Positions 1-14,590 of a stretch of 64,000 nt of DNA are shown here, one piece after another. Position 1 is the stretch's first letter. Every line of letters begins with the position of its first letter. The position numbers and the translations under genes were made by a program. The DNA comes from Trichoplax sp. H2. Taxonomy: Eukaryota. The notes under the pieces are model-generated. The model made no database searches, was not told the origin of the DNA, and saw nothing but the letters and a program-made list of their open reading frames with translations. The stretch covers positions 1-64,000 of the forward strand of contig NOWV01000110.1 of assembly GCA_003344405.1 (NCBI GenBank), read 5' to 3'.

Positions 1-920
1 TATTCAAGTCGTCTAGAGACTCGCGGCTATCTATCTACAAGCGCTTTTGACGATGATATATCTTTTACTACAAATGATATCAAAACACTGGACTCCAATA
101 ACTTACTATCGACAATAACAGATTCAAGTACAGTATCGCAATTTATACCATTGCAATCAACAGATATAGCTGAAACGTTACAAGCTACAGACAGTATATT
201 ATCAAGCTTAGAGAAAGCGTCTGTTGAGAACTCTATAATATCTACAGAAACATATCTGACGGACGAGCTAGCTTCTACTCTAATATATGATATAGATTCG
301 GATATATCTGATACTTCTGGAATAAATCTGTTATCTGATTACAAAAGTACAATAGCCGATTCGCTATTCTATCGTACTACATTAGTAACTCTAGATGTTC
401 TATCAAGTAGCTCTATTAAGGATGATTTATCGATCGCTACTAACAATGTCCAGACATCGGATTCGGATAGCTTACTATCGACAATATTAGATTCAAGTAT
501 AATATCGCAAGCTCTATCGTTTCAATCATCGGACATAACAGAGACGTCACAAGCTATTAGCAGCTTATTATCAAGTCTAGGTATAACCTCTGTTCAGAAT
601 TCTATAAGCTCTACAGAAAAGTATTTATCGGACGAAGTATTTTCTACTCCAATAAACATAGTTTCGGATGTGTCAGATCCTTCTGCAATAAACCTGTCAT
701 CTAGTTATAAAAGTACAACAGCTGATCAGTTATTTCAGTTAACCACATTAACAGCTCTGGATTTTCTGTCAAGCAGCACTTTTAATAACGAATTATCGAC
801 AATCATCAATGATATCCAGATATCTTATTCAGACAGTCCATTATCGAGGATAATTGATTCAAGTACAATACCACTACTTTTAAATACTCAATCATTAGAT
901 ACAATAGAAACATCGCAAGC
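1..920 (+). repeat. Diverged ~369-nt (123-aa) tandem repeat within the mucin domain
   Basis: tctacagaaacatatctgacggacgag (241) matches tctacagaaaagtatttatcggacgaa (610). Equivalent motifs lie at 31, 400 and 766. About 2.5 units are visible. Confidence 0.8.
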
Positions 921-3900
921 AACGGTCCGTTCTTCATATATCGAATCAAAATCGGCTGATGAGTCTTCCATCCAGCCTACTCATGTCTATCTATCACAAA
1001 AAACTCTATTCACTCAAGTTACTTATACATTATCACCAGTTTTGGATACCTTGATTGCTACATCAGATTCGTCTGATTTTAATTCAGGAGAAGCCTTTGT
1101 ATCTTATTACCATTCCGAATCGTTTGATTTACTTGATTCTTCTATAATAGGGAAGTCTAGTCCTCAATTGCTAACCACTATTGGTAGCCAATTATCTGTT
1201 GATGATACCCAAATATCTCAATCTGATAATTCTCTATATACCGAAAATAAATTAACCAGCAAGTTGCAGATATTGTCCATACAGTCTTCGGTAACAACTG
1301 AATCCTCAGCTACGACAAAATTTACAACAAATGTACCATTACAAACGATCTCTACCGAATTTGTTAGCAATTTGCCTCGTAGGACAACTTCTAGCGTAGA
1401 GGAATATTCTAGCAGCGAATCTTTCGGACCGGAAGAAAATTTGAAGAGTCTATCCACATTTTTGCAAGGAGTAATTTCTACTTCTATCTTACCAACGTCA
1501 AGCTTATCGCCAGAATCCATTAGAGAATTCACAGAATTAACGTCTACTAGTAAATTCTCGCAGTATTTATTATCAACTTCTACAGTGTTAGAAAGCCATG
1601 AAGGTACAGGTGCTATTGCAAGCCCATCTCATTCATCTACGCCATTCCTGTCATCTTTCCAAGCAGCAACGAGCTTAATTTCTGATTTGCAAGTGCAACT
1701 ATCAACTCTTACAACAAATCCAGAAAGTACTCCTTTTATCTTTACTCCAACACATCAATTCGAGCTGACTATCGGTACTTCTTCAGTTTATTTGCAATCA
1801 GGATCGATCTCAGACGTGTCCTACGAATCTTTAGCATTGGTACCTAGTTTAGCTAGTACTAGTGGCAAACCATTTTTGGAACTTACTGAGACTCTACCAA
1901 CGATATCCAGCCTTCAAGTCATTTCATCAAGCGATGCTGGCACATCAATATCCCTTAATTCAGTCGTGCGTTCTGAACAAACTGTACAAGAAACTGTGTT
2001 CTATTCAAATATCTTTACCAGCTTAACATTACCGTCTAAAGGTGATATATTAAGTCAAACTTCTTCAGGATCTGAAATATCAACTAATGAAGTTTCCCCT
2101 TCCACAAGTAGTCTGGGTCTAACTTTTAGCTTATTCTCAAGTGACACCTTAACAGCTGGAACATTTCATACTATCTCTTCATCCTTTGCACCATCGATCC
2201 AATCATCAGCACCGCTATCGCAATCTTCGAAGCAAACGGATAGTGAAACTGTTACAAATATTGAATCGAGCATTAATTCTATTACCAAAAGTAACATCCA
2301 AGATTCGATATTCAGTCAAACTCATGCTGAATACTCCACTATGATTAGCAGTTTCATGGCGATATCTTCCTCAGGACTGAGCTTGACTATTAGCTTTTCA
2401 TCTTCATCCTATCACGAAAATTTAGATACCCTATCAACATTTGCATCGTTCAATCCTAGTCGTTCCTATTCCTTGTTCAGTGATGGTCAGAGCCTTGAAT
2501 CTTCCTTTTCCTTTAGCTCATCTCTATTATCTTATATTAACACTGAAAAGAGTCTTTCAACGGGGCTACCGATAACCGAATCGATCAGTCTGTACTCTGC
2601 TAACCCTCAATCCATCAAATTGTCGGCAACGGCCATCTCTCAAGCTGGTATAGAGAGTAGTAGTGAACAAATAAACAATCTATATTCTACAAGTTTGCAA
2701 TTCTTCACATCACCTACGGCGGCAGTTTCCCAAGCGAAGAAAGAAAGCAGTGGTATACTGTTTACTATTCCCACTACGATATCAACTCTGATAGAAACGA
2801 AACCAACAACTGAACTATCTACTACCATACTTTCAGCACTAGAATCCGACTCGTCGCTCGTTCCATCCAGTCTTTCAGGTTTTGCCTCTACGAAATTGCA
2901 ACAGGAAGAGTCCTCATATGTAACCGTAATGCAAATCAGCTCGGACGTTAACACCTGGTCAAGTTCAATCAATATTATTGCGACTTCTAGTGCATTTTCT
3001 GATAATTTAGATGGCACAACAACTATTTTATCTCAAGCTACAATATTATCATCTAAAATATCTTATAATGTTGCATTGAGTAGCCGGGTAGCTACAATTA
3101 CTTCCATACCATCAAAAATAGAAACATCTGCATTTATTACAAGTGAGAGTACTCTAATACAAAATGGTATTAGCCAAAGCTTTTCTGTTCTATCATCCGA
3201 CGCTTCCGTTTCTGCACATAGTTCCTCCATCTCGTCAGCGATTATCGAAAGTACGCAATCTATAGAGTCTAATATTGGGCCAACAGTATCCACCAGCAGC
3301 ATTTTACCCACATCGCCTCCAGCAACAACATCTGGAGCGATCAGTAATCCTACAACTACAACTACAGATCCATGCCAAAATCAGCCATGTGGTCCTTTAG
3401 CTATATGTCTCAAACGAGATCCTACACAAAATAATACTCTACCTTACTACTGCCAATGTCGCATTGGTTATTATCCATCAAATTTAAATGTAATTTTGTC
3501 ATTTGGAGACAATTGCATAGGCAAGTAATGTATCATAACTTCATTTCAGCAAGTTTAAAGACCTGGGTATTAACTAGGAGGAAATACAGAGATTAGATGC
3601 GATAATCGACTTATAGTATTGTAGTAAATGTTAGATCAATGTCTCTTTATACTGTATCAGCATAGAAAACAATTTGATAGTGTTACGGAGCTAATAGCTC
3701 CTACAAACAAATAAGCACTTTGCATTTATTTAGCTTTATTGATTACTAATGTAGCTTACCTCACAAGCGGCCAAACAGCAAGCAATTAATAGTGGATTGA
3801 TTAGTATATTGTAAAATAAAGTGCTATTATAATGTAGTATGAGAATACTATAGCTCACTATACAACTTAGGTGTTACTTGCATATGAATTGACAGAGCAA

Positions 3901-6824
3901 TCTAATATCTAATCATACATATTAATGGTTAGTATCGTATAAGTATGTTTACTAAATGTTACTTCGTGGATAATTAGTAAGCTATTTAATTGCAGACATG
4001 ATCGCTAAATACTCTTTTAGAACAAAATATAAATTGTGGTACTCCTTAAAATTATAAATATGCCAAAGACAGTAATACTATATCAGATAAGATGAATAAT
4101 TTGATATGATTGCGGTTCTGTTTCAGTCGGATTATTTTTCTATGGTTATATCTCTTTAAATTTACCCTTCAATATTGAATTTAATAACCCGAATAACGGC
4201 CTCGGCAGAGCCATTAGGCAACAAAGTAGAGCTCAGGTATATTATATGTAAAGATGGTTGATTTTTCCTCTGAATAATTTATAAACTATTCAATATTAAA
4301 ATTCGAAGGTGACTAGCATCATTAGGAACTCCAAAAATATTGGGCGGGATTTTGTCCATGTTATTATTATTGGTTTAAGGTACTCATATTTAAAGTAAAA
4401 TATTGCAAGGGTGATCAATAATTTACTTTCTCTGACAATTTATCGATATGTTATCTTATGTAACAGGCCTGGCAGTACGATTGTAGATTTTTATATTGTG
4501 TATAAAAATAATGCAACAGCAACCAGTGAGAATATCCAACTAAATCTTCAAGAAGGAATGCAATCCATAGATGGATACAATATTACAAGGACCAATGTAA
4601 CAAGTAAATGGATTGTAACTAGAATTTAGCATAATCATAAATGTTCCATATTAAACAATTATAAATGCTAGCTAATGTGGCTAATTGAGAAAGGCGGGTT
4701 ATAAAAGCGCTAAAATTTTATTGCTTTGTGATATTAGGTACTAAATTTATTTCTTTATTTTTATTTATAGTTGCTGATGTTTGCCAGGCTGAAAATGATC
4801 CCTGTTCTGGCCTACAGCAAGTTTGCCTTGAAAATAAAAATCGATTCATTTGTGAGAGCTGTCCTACTGGCTATCAATTTAATGCTACAATCAAAAATTG
4901 TTTAGGTGTCGAGAGCTACTTAATACAATTAGACCATATCAAAAGCCGATATTGAAAAGCATTTTCGTCCTGTATATCATATTAAATTTAATATTTTGTT
5001 TTGGTGTACTGAAAAATATCGATTAAATTTTTTCATTTAGTCTTGTCATTCTAAAATTGTACTAATAGACGCATTTCTTTCACCGTCTGTAATAACAATT
5101 AATTATTAGACATTGATGAGTGCATATTCGACTCTAACCCTTGCAATGTAAGCGAAGAATGCATTAATACTGATGGCAGCTATTTATGTATTCCAAGATC
5201 CAAACCAACAACAAATATAAATAGCACAGGTTAGTTTAAATCAAGAATACTAACAGCAGTCAATTAGAAATTAAGTTCTGTAAATATTATCATGTTTCGC
5301 GATATTTACTGGCTTAAGTCCCGAAGGCTTTATGCGATTACATGTAATGTATGTAAAGCATGTATTGCTCTATAGCCATTTAGTAATCTCTCTACTTGCC
5401 AATTTTAAAATTTAGTTCTTTGCTCGGATTATTGTCAGCATGGCGGCAATTGCAATGTTGATTTGCAGACAAATGAAGTACTTTGCAGGTATGCTAAGAA
5501 TTTTGATCTCCATAACTTCTATTCATAACTTGCTAGCATTCGATCAAACTACATTTATCAATATCTACTTATATTCTATCACTATGCTAAAAAAGTTTTC
5601 TTTTGAATTTTGATAATGAATAAGGTTAATGATACTGTTATACCGATATTTCATAATTTCTATAGAGTTTTTAAAAATTATCTGCTTTAAAATATCCTTT
5701 TTTAGTCCGGTGATTTGAGAGAAATCAGCATCTAATTCAACCACCATAGATTGCATATCCTCTCATAGTACTATTTTGTGCAGTTTTTAGCTTCTAGTCA
5801 ATAAGTGATGTGAATTTTATTTTAAATTTATCTATGGTTTCCGATACTTCTTTAGCAATAATCTGGATAATTCAACATTTTATTTAGTCAGGAGCATCTT
5901 TAGAATGAGAGTCCAAAGATAATTAATTAACTCTTATATGATACACATACCATATATGCTTTATTTGTATTCTGATCAAGTGTAGATTCAGAATTACATT
6001 AGTAATAACATTGATACCTTTATTTTATCAGTTGTACCTCGCTCTATACTGGAGATAACTGCGAAAGACTAAGTGGTAAGATACAAAAGATTTGATTTAA
6101 TAAATATTTCAACAAATTAAATAAAACTGTTTAACAAAATTAAGATAGATAATGGGTGCAAACTGTAATAATATATCAACCATTAAAATTTCTGGTTCGA
6201 TAGCACTTGGTATTGCTCTAACGTCTACAGGAGGAGGAATAGTAGCTATTGTTCTTCTAATAGCTTGTGTAATGTTATACTATCGACATCGAAGGTATCG
6301 TATTAATTCCTAATTATATATAGCATATTGCAAATTCTCTTCAATTTTTATAACCTTAACCCCCAATTTCGACACGTTATTATTTTGAATAGCTGATAAA
6401 TAGTTTATTTTACCTCTGCAGCTAGTGACAGTTATCCTTCATATATCAAATTTTGTCTATTTTTTAAGATTAATATAGGTTACTGTTCTCATCTCTTGAA
6501 CTTCAATAAATGTAGTATTATTTCAATCAGCATTTTCTGTTTTCTCCCAATATTTTAATAAGTTTGATAAATTAGAAATATCGGTATGTTGCTACATTAT
6601 TTCGATTTTTACCCGTTTAATTTCCAAAAGAAGTTGCCGATTTCCTATTTTCTTTGATCATTTGTTATTAATTACCTTTCATTTACTCTAAATTAATTCG
6701 CAGGAAAAAAGTCTATTTATCACATTTATTTGATGATGTGGAGAAAAGAAATGAAGTATATGTACAGACTAATACTGCTTACGTAGATGAAGACGGCAAC
6801 AGTATTCATGAAGCATTATTTTAA
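1..6824 (+). CDS. Transmembrane mucin-like protein (Ser/Thr-rich domain, EGF, SEA, EGF, cbEGF-like, EGF, TM, short tail); 5' end outside window
   Basis: Frame is open from base 1. Inferred exons: <1-3520 (S/T-rich, ends in EGF CQNQPC...CQC...C), 4127-4236, 4309-4379, 4467-4603 (SEA, RPGSTIVDF), 4771-4905 (EGF), 5110-5229 (DIDEC...CINTDGSYLC), 5416-5488 and 6032-6075 (EGF), 6204-6294 (TM: ALGIALTSTGGGIVAIVLLIACVMLYY then RHRR), 6704-6824 (tail ending EALF*). All junctions are phase-compatible GT-AG except a GC donor at 3521. Confidence 0.88.
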
Positions 6825-9679
6825 GGTTAAATTTTTCAGTAGATTTAATTAATATTTTCTGATGGATGTAGTAGGATGATATAAATATTACAGAAAATCT
6901 TGCATTGGTGTAATGCAAGCACATGATTTAGCTGTTTCTTAAAATATTTTACTAAAATATATTCATTTTTCTTCCTGTATTCCTTTAGTATAAAATATTT
7001 CAGGCGTAATGCAATTATATAAGACATAGTAAGGAGAGTTGAGTTTCTAGTCCCAAATCAGGGACGCATCTGAAAAAGGCGATGATAATAGCAACTAGAA
7101 CGGACCTATCTACTTATTAACTTTCAATAAGACTTTAGTATTTTCGAGTAAACTTAAATCAGATTTAAAGTCCGTAAATTCCTGCTATGGTATGCAATTT
7201 AACGAAAGAACAAATATGAGAATAAAATTACTGCTTCAAAATGGCCCAAATTTTCAAAGTAGCAAACTTTATTTTGGACTTACTGGCTTTATCCGGATTT
7301 TTCTGTTTAATTTGGAAATATACGGTAAAAGAAAGCTTGTTTATAAATCTCAAGATATAATAGTCTTTATGGACAAGGGAAATAATGCATTTCGAACTTC
7401 ACTTGGTCGTTTCTGTCGATACCTGCAAAATCATTCAAATGAGATTTAAATAATCTGTGATATAAATGTTGGGAAGAAGCACAAAATTAGTCCCTATTGC
7501 TGTCCAGGTCCAGAAATTAAAAACTTATAAAAAAAAATTACAATTTTTCAAGATGATCAATGCTAGTGTACCACAAGCAACATTAACCCTATTTGTGGGA
7601 GAAAAATTTAATTTTTTATATGTAAATGGGTTAGAAATGACGTGCGGTAAAGTTTCTATTCTTCTAATATTATAAACAAAGTACTCAAAGTAATCAGCTT
7701 TCAAAATAGATCTTGTTTAAGTTATTCGTATACGTATACGTGGATTTTAAAACTATAAATTGATAAATTATCCAAACACCCCGATTAAGTTACTGTAAAT
7801 CAAATTATTATTGACTTGTACGTATCTTGCAAAGGTTGCAACGGAAAAAATTAAGGTTAAAAAATTTGATTCAGCATCCTTTAATATTTTACGTTTTTAA
7901 TATTTTTAGTTAATTATTAAATTAAATTAAAAGATTTTTAAAATGATTTTAACCATATAAACTAGTTTATGTGTTTTTGTAATAATCTTGTTAACGGTAC
8001 GGGTAAATGCAATTATGAAATCGTAGAAATTTGCGCATGTAAAATAATTTAATTCGCATTTAAATCTACGTAAATACTTATTGTATTGCAGATCATCACC
8101 TATTTGCTTTAAAAATCTTTGTAACTCTTGCTTATTTGCTTTTACTGTTTATAAATTTCATTTTTAACAATTTGATATTGAATTTAAGCTTTACCACTAA
8201 TTTAACAGTAATGGCAATTAAATAATCTAAAAATCATCTGTGAAACCTGTATTGCTTTGTATGATAGAGTTCTTTTAAGTTTATCAACTGGTCTTGAAAA
8301 TCTATTTGCTCTTGCTCTATTTATGAAAATTCTGAGATATTCAAATATTATATCATGTATTACAATTACTAATTAATAAATTAGGCTATTTTGAATGCTA
8401 CTTATCTAAAAGAATTCATCTATAGCTCATTTTAGATGAAAAAGATAATCCTTGGTTTGACTTTTTACATATAAAATTTCTGTCTATAACTATATAACTG
8501 TGCTATATCTTAATTATACCTTCATACGAAAATCAATTATTTTTTATTCTGATTTATAGCAGCATAGATTATAAATACAATATCTATCTTTGTTGCGAGT
8601 TAGGGCTAATTCTGGCACTATGATACCAGTTTATAATATAATTTTGAAGTTGTTATTAGTATAATCTCTAATTTGTTAGATAAAAATCAACCAGTATATA
8701 AATATTATTAATTATCAAGAACATTTTTACTACCATACTGAATTCAGTAGTCAATATGCTCAATTCTCTAAATTACTATATTTTGGTTACGTACGCAGAT
8801 TGTTAGAGCTGGGTTATTAAATAAGTTATCAAGATAATGCAATTTTGTAGCTCTCCTGTTGACGAATGGTAATCCTAATTCCGTTGCTGTATTGTTTAAG
8901 TTAAAGAATTCCTAACTGATTTTATCACTTGCAGCATTACCAAAGAATACATAATTACTGATGGCTACTATTTATTTAGACGGGATTCTTCTACAGTTAC
9001 CAAACATGCTTTCAAATATTTCTGTACTTATGCTAATAATAAAATTTTAAAGATTTCCAGACTTTTAGTTAAACATTACTTAGAAATTTAGATACAAAGA
9101 CTAATCTAGTAAGATATTTTTAACTTGAACTCCAAATTTACAATTTTATAAGATGATGACCTGCTTGATATGTTATATCATATTTATATTAGTTATAGCA
9201 ATAATTATATCATGTATTTCAAAATGATTATTTGATATATCAGTTTACTTCAAAGTCAAATCAGCTAAAGAAATCAGTAATTACTCATGTTAGAGAGATA
9301 AAATCGTAATCCTTAACTTAAGTGACATAAGATTCTTGGATGCAACTATATTAAAAATGCGTTCACATTAATTAAATAATTTCTGTCATAGTAATGGGTA
9401 TTTAATCTATAGACGTACGCATATAACTTTTTCTCGTGCATTATCGACTCAACTATACAGGGAAACGACCTTTAATATAAAGTTCTTAATGCTTGATCTA
9501 TAAAAAAATTTTAACCACTCTTTTAATTGCATTTTCATGATAATACTATTTATCTTGTAGTTTTCTTTAACATTTATCATTCAAATTTTCTGATAGCGTT
9601 ATATGAATCATTTTGAAGTAACTTAGGTCTAAGTCACAAGGTTGTCTGACTCCGTATGTTATCATCGTAGCTTTAGCTT

Positions 9680-9992
9680 TCATACTGAAACCTATAGAAA
9701 GTCGGCCATACAAATCTATATAAGTTTTATGATCATTTACCTACGCTGTGAACCGAGTACCATGGAGAGATGATAGTATATAAAGCCCGGGGCTGTCATT
9801 AGCTGATCAGTGGATGATTAGCTGTGTAGTATATATATATAAATGTTGATGAAGTAGTCTTGGATGTCAAGCCAGCTAAACTTAATAAAATTCTATTAAA
9901 CCTAAACCTATTCTAATCCTAGTCTGTTGCAGCTTCATTTTTTAAGGAGTTCCAGTGATCTCAGGTATCCCCATCACAGGCTTCTTGCAACA
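9680..9992 (+). mobile_element. Diverged partial solo LTR, family A
   Basis: Aligns by eye with 10795-11117 (catactgaa, aaagcccgg, cattagctg, gtagtcttggatgtcaag, AATAAA, ending ACA). 5' boundary and TSD not resolved. Confidence 0.65.
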
Positions 9993-10446
9993 AACACCTA
10001 TCGAATCAAATTTGAACGGAATTTTAAACAAAACATAGCTTTGATGTGTCTAACTGTTCATGAGGAAGGTTGCCGTCGACTTTAGAATTGCTTAAGTCTT
10101 GATATTTTGAATTTATTTCCTGAAAACCTCTAAACTTTACAGTCATTTAGCAGATATGCTACCGTATTGTTTATGCTTGCAAGCTTTGCGCAGTGTAAGT
10201 ATGATTATCATATAATTCAAAGCAACCGTGATAGGTATTATAAAGTAAATTGTGAGATTGTAATACATGAAGTATCGATGCTATAATTGTTTCCATATTG
10301 GATTAATGATGGTACGCTGTAAAATGGTGTTACTTAGAATTATTTGATTACGTGCAAAATAAGATAAAATGTTGCTATGCTGATTGTAGCTGTGAAGGCT
10401 ATGGAGAGTATCAAACAAACGACATTACATTATCTGATTGGCCTTT

Positions 10447-11565
10447 TGTCATGGTAGTGAATCTACGGTGATGAATGATAACTTACTTAATTTAGACATG
10501 TATATGTATTTGTGACGGAGTACAGACTCCGTCTATTAATTTTAGCGTTAGTTTTAGTAATTAGTAATTAAGATTTTATAAATTATTAATAACCTTTATT
10601 TATTAGGTATTCGATAATTGTAACGTTATTAGTAGTCTAGCTATACTTGTAGTAGACTCTGCAGGATAGTGTATTTACAGAAGTGACAACTAATGTTCAC
10701 ACAATAGTAATTTCTGTTACTTTGTGCCGAGCCTTTGATTGTTAATTGGCTCTTAATTAGTTCGTAACTCATTAGTGTTGTTTACGCCGTCTGCCATACT
10801 GAACCATATAGACAGTCGGCTATACGAAAGCTATATATTTTTAGGGTTATTTATCCAAGCTGTGCACCGAGTGCAACCGAGCTAGGGTATGTAAAGCCCG
10901 GTGCTCTCATTAGCTGTTGAGTTGACGATTGACTGTGTAGTGTACGCGTGTAGTTAGAGTAGTCTTGGATGTCAAGACTACCTTGGTTTAATAAACTATT
11001 TTAAGAGCCTAAGTCTAGTCTACACTTAGCCCGTTGAGGGCATATTTGGCTGTTGTAGCCTTAGTATTCGTACGGATTCAAAGACCCAGGTTTCCTTGTC
11101 GTGGGCTGAACACGACAGTATCACCTTAAGATAGTTATTAATTTGGATATGTGCATGAATTATTTTATGACTTAATATAGCAGATACAAACCTGTTTCTA
11201 ATACAGGTTAAATTATACTAAATATGGTATGTGAATTGTCAATGGTAAATTTAATATAAATCCTGTTAATTATAAGCTAGGGCAAACATAAGGTTAATCT
11301 ATAGTAATATTATAAATTCATTGGATTAAACTAGGAATAATTTAATGTATTCACGAAGTCTTATTGGTTGAAATATATCACATATCGGAAACCGGTTGTA
11401 TGGCTAGAAAAGCTATTTAAATGATTGGCTTTAAATATTATATTAGACTTGCATTTTCTAGAATAAAGATATAGTTAGAAGATTCTAAAAGTGCATTTCT
11501 CAGTCATTGTTACTTATCTAGGGTAATCTAATTAGTTTAGATTAGGCAAGTTTAGTTAAGTAACA
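10447..11565 (+). mobile_element. Solo LTR family B (copy 1) with nested family A LTR
   Basis: TGTCA...TAACA ends; perfect 5-bp TSD CCTTT (10442-46 / 11566-70). Near-identical to 16676-17183 apart from the insert. Confidence 0.9.
10511..11117 (+). mobile_element. Solo LTR family A (607 bp) nested in family B
   Basis: TGTGAC...CGACA ends; TSD GTATT/GTATC. The corresponding empty site (atatgtatcacgttaag) is seen in B copy 2 at ~16731. Internal AATAAA. Confidence 0.88.
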
Positions 11566-14500
11566 CCTTTCTAGAAGTTTTTCAGTAGACATACTCGGCT
11601 AAGTAGAGCTGTATGTAGCTAGTCTTCGTATTAGATCTCATAAAGTTCTAATTTTCTACAAATTTTTAATTTTCGGGATCGGATTTTATCACAAGCTAGG
11701 ACGATAAACGGAGCACTTGGAGTATTTGTTGTATCAGTTAGGATTCTACAGCAATAAATCGTCTGTGATAGTTATATGAACATCTGTTTTGAAATAATGC
11801 AGATGTGTGAAATTTGGCACCTGCGCTTAAAACTATTTGATTGGATTTTAAACTTTTGGGCAAGACACAATCAAATAATCTTTTAGTATCGTATTAAATC
11901 ACCCTAAAATGTAAACTCATTGTGTTAACTGCTAGACAGTAAATAAATTGTTATCAGGATTATAGACCAGCTTCTGTATTTGTCGTGGTACTAGTAATGG
12001 GTAGTAATGCTGTATACGTAGGCTGCTGAAAATAAAGAATTATAAAACTAACTTATTTTCGATTGAGGGCCAGTGAATTAGTTGAATACTTAATTATGTA
12101 AGAGCTCAAGGGTCAGACCGTGTTTAGATTAAGATTTATCTTGTATCTTTTATGAGTTCTCAAACGAAATTTAAAGTAGACTTTCATCAAAATTTAGATC
12201 TAAGAATAGATAACAGCCGATATTGTTAGTTAGGATCAAATTCTATGTATACGTGCATACTTTGTAGCAATGCTAGCGAATCCAGATAGAATATGCAAGA
12301 GCAAGCTGCTTTTTACAAAAAAAAGTTCGTTAACTAATCGTTTACATATAGGAAAACAGTTTCCGTTTATTACACTAAAAAATTTGATGGAAAATTTTAG
12401 AGTTATGAAGTAAACCTAAACTTGATACTTACTTCAAGATACAAAAAGATCACAGAAATATCTGGAAATAGCTCACGAGTATATTAATCACAAGAATAGA
12501 TACCTTTTGGTGATATTTCTATAAATGCTCTACCAGGGAGTCGAAAAATAACTGTCATACTATCAGAAATAAAATTCACGAATAATACGTGATTAATTTA
12601 ATCACAAATTACAACAATAAGATTATCGCCTCCGCTAAGAGGACAAAAAATTGAATACGTCAGTAAACACAATGAAGGCTAGTTAAACAATAATCTTGAA
12701 AATTTGTTTACTTTATTTATATTGAGGTTTTATATAATGACAATAATCTTTAGAAGCAAATGTTATGAATTAAATGGAACGAAAGAGTAGATTTCATGCT
12801 AATTAAATTTACGCATTGAAACTCAAATCTGTTATAGTACTTAACATATGACATCTAGGGTAGGACTTTCTTATTGGCAAACTTACAGATGAATACCTTG
12901 AAGCATTGTTATTACGATAAGCTAGTTTTAAATATATATAAGACTAAATGTGCAAATTTACTTATAAAACATCTGCTAACTATTTGATATCATTTTCCGG
13001 ACTTTTAATGACGTCTTAGGTAGTTCATTTAGATTATGCAGCTTAAAATATCCAGCATTTCGATCTTACTATCTACGCTGTTCATTAAACGATTGATATT
13101 GCAAATGAAATACTATTTAGTAATTCTAAATTACCCCTATTGCATCAGTAATAAGATTAATAGGTCGATAGCCCAATCAAATTTTAAGTAGTATTTGCTC
13201 ATGAGCATCCCTGAATGATTTCGTTATAGATAAATAAAATTTAAATATTTCATCATTTTAAATCTTTAACATTCCTTTCCGCAATTTAACTTTTGAAATA
13301 TTCTTAGACAAATATTAAAATTTTCAAGAAAGTAACAAATAAAATTTACTGCTTCTATGTATCAAACTTTATCGTTTTAATAATTATTATGGCGTATAAC
13401 TATTTACATTAGCAGCTTAATTTTAATTTTGAATCTGCTAGTTTCTATCATTTTGCACCCAAGCACCATCATTAGCTTTAAAAAATTAAAATTTACAAGT
13501 ACATGGGACAACTCTAATAGGAAAATATTGTGAAAGGTCGTAAATTCACATCTGATAAAACTGCAGCTCTGGATTAATGAAAGAGCTACCGTTTGATTGC
13601 ATATACGAATAAATACCTTAATCTATCATAAGATCTAGTTTAGCAATAAAGTCTTATAATCGACAGCTACGTTACGTATCGCTAAAACTCACAGTTTTCT
13701 ATCATAATTTATCCGAACTTTCCTGGCAGGGAACGGTAGGCTTTCAACGTGTTTCGTAAGTCTAATTTCTGGTCCAAATATTTTTCTTATTGTTATAGCA
13801 CTAATAAAAATTTTATAAATATTGACTAGATCTCGTAATAATAAAAGTAGATGATCTTTATCAGTATTTACAACACCATAATTATCGTATAATAATGTTT
13901 ATGAATAAAATAATATCACGACTAATCAGTATGCTATAAATCCGGCTGCAATTTTGCTAAAGAATACATGCATTAATTGATGAAATGATAATAAAGCATT
14001 GCGTCAAGTTTAATTATCGCAATAGTACAAAAGGAAAAGTATAGATAAGACTCTCATATCATTATGAATGCAATAAAGCATGGAATCACTTTTACTGGAG
14101 TGCCTTTCTATCAGCGTAACATATTATGTTGTAGGCCTTATAAAGCGTTAACTTTAATATATCCTAATATGTAATCTTTCATTTCGCCCAAAATTAAAAT
14201 ACTTCCGTTTCAAACTTATAAATTATTAATTTACTTTCATGCACAAATCTGTTCAATAGCTAAAAATCTATAATTTCCGCATAAGGAACTCATTAATTAT
14301 ATCTAAGATCAAAAAGTATACTTAATGGATTAAAACTAATAGAGAATTATGGTGCAATAATTCTGCAGGATATATGAAATTATCATAGCTTTATAAGATG
14401 GGCAATGAAAGTCTGGTATGAATTATAGATGAAATAAGATATTAAAGTATAGAGACACAGTTTTATTAATTACTTTCAAAAGCTAGTCATCAGCAATTAG

Positions 14501-14590
14501 GAAAAGCTAAATAAATTATCTAACCGTTAATCCACGTACCTATGGTAGTTATAGCTTTATTCTATTCAAAGTATACGTACGATAGTATAT

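Larger units (their letters stand above)
10259..11693 (+). mobile_element. Family C LTR-like remnant, host of two nested insertions
   Basis: 10290-10440 and 11571-11693 are similar to consecutive parts of 38578-38858. Interrupted by the family B copy. 5' end and TSD uncertain. Confidence 0.7.

Noticed and set aside
1218-3311. Three minus-strand ORFs (1218-1532, 2640-3017, 3063-3311)
   Set aside because: Antisense shadows of the Ser/Thr-rich mucin exon; no independent features.
151-3528. ORF-track 1125-aa protein as a complete gene
   Set aside because: The start is TTG, the frame is open from base 1, and the gene continues by splicing to SEA, EGF and TM exons.
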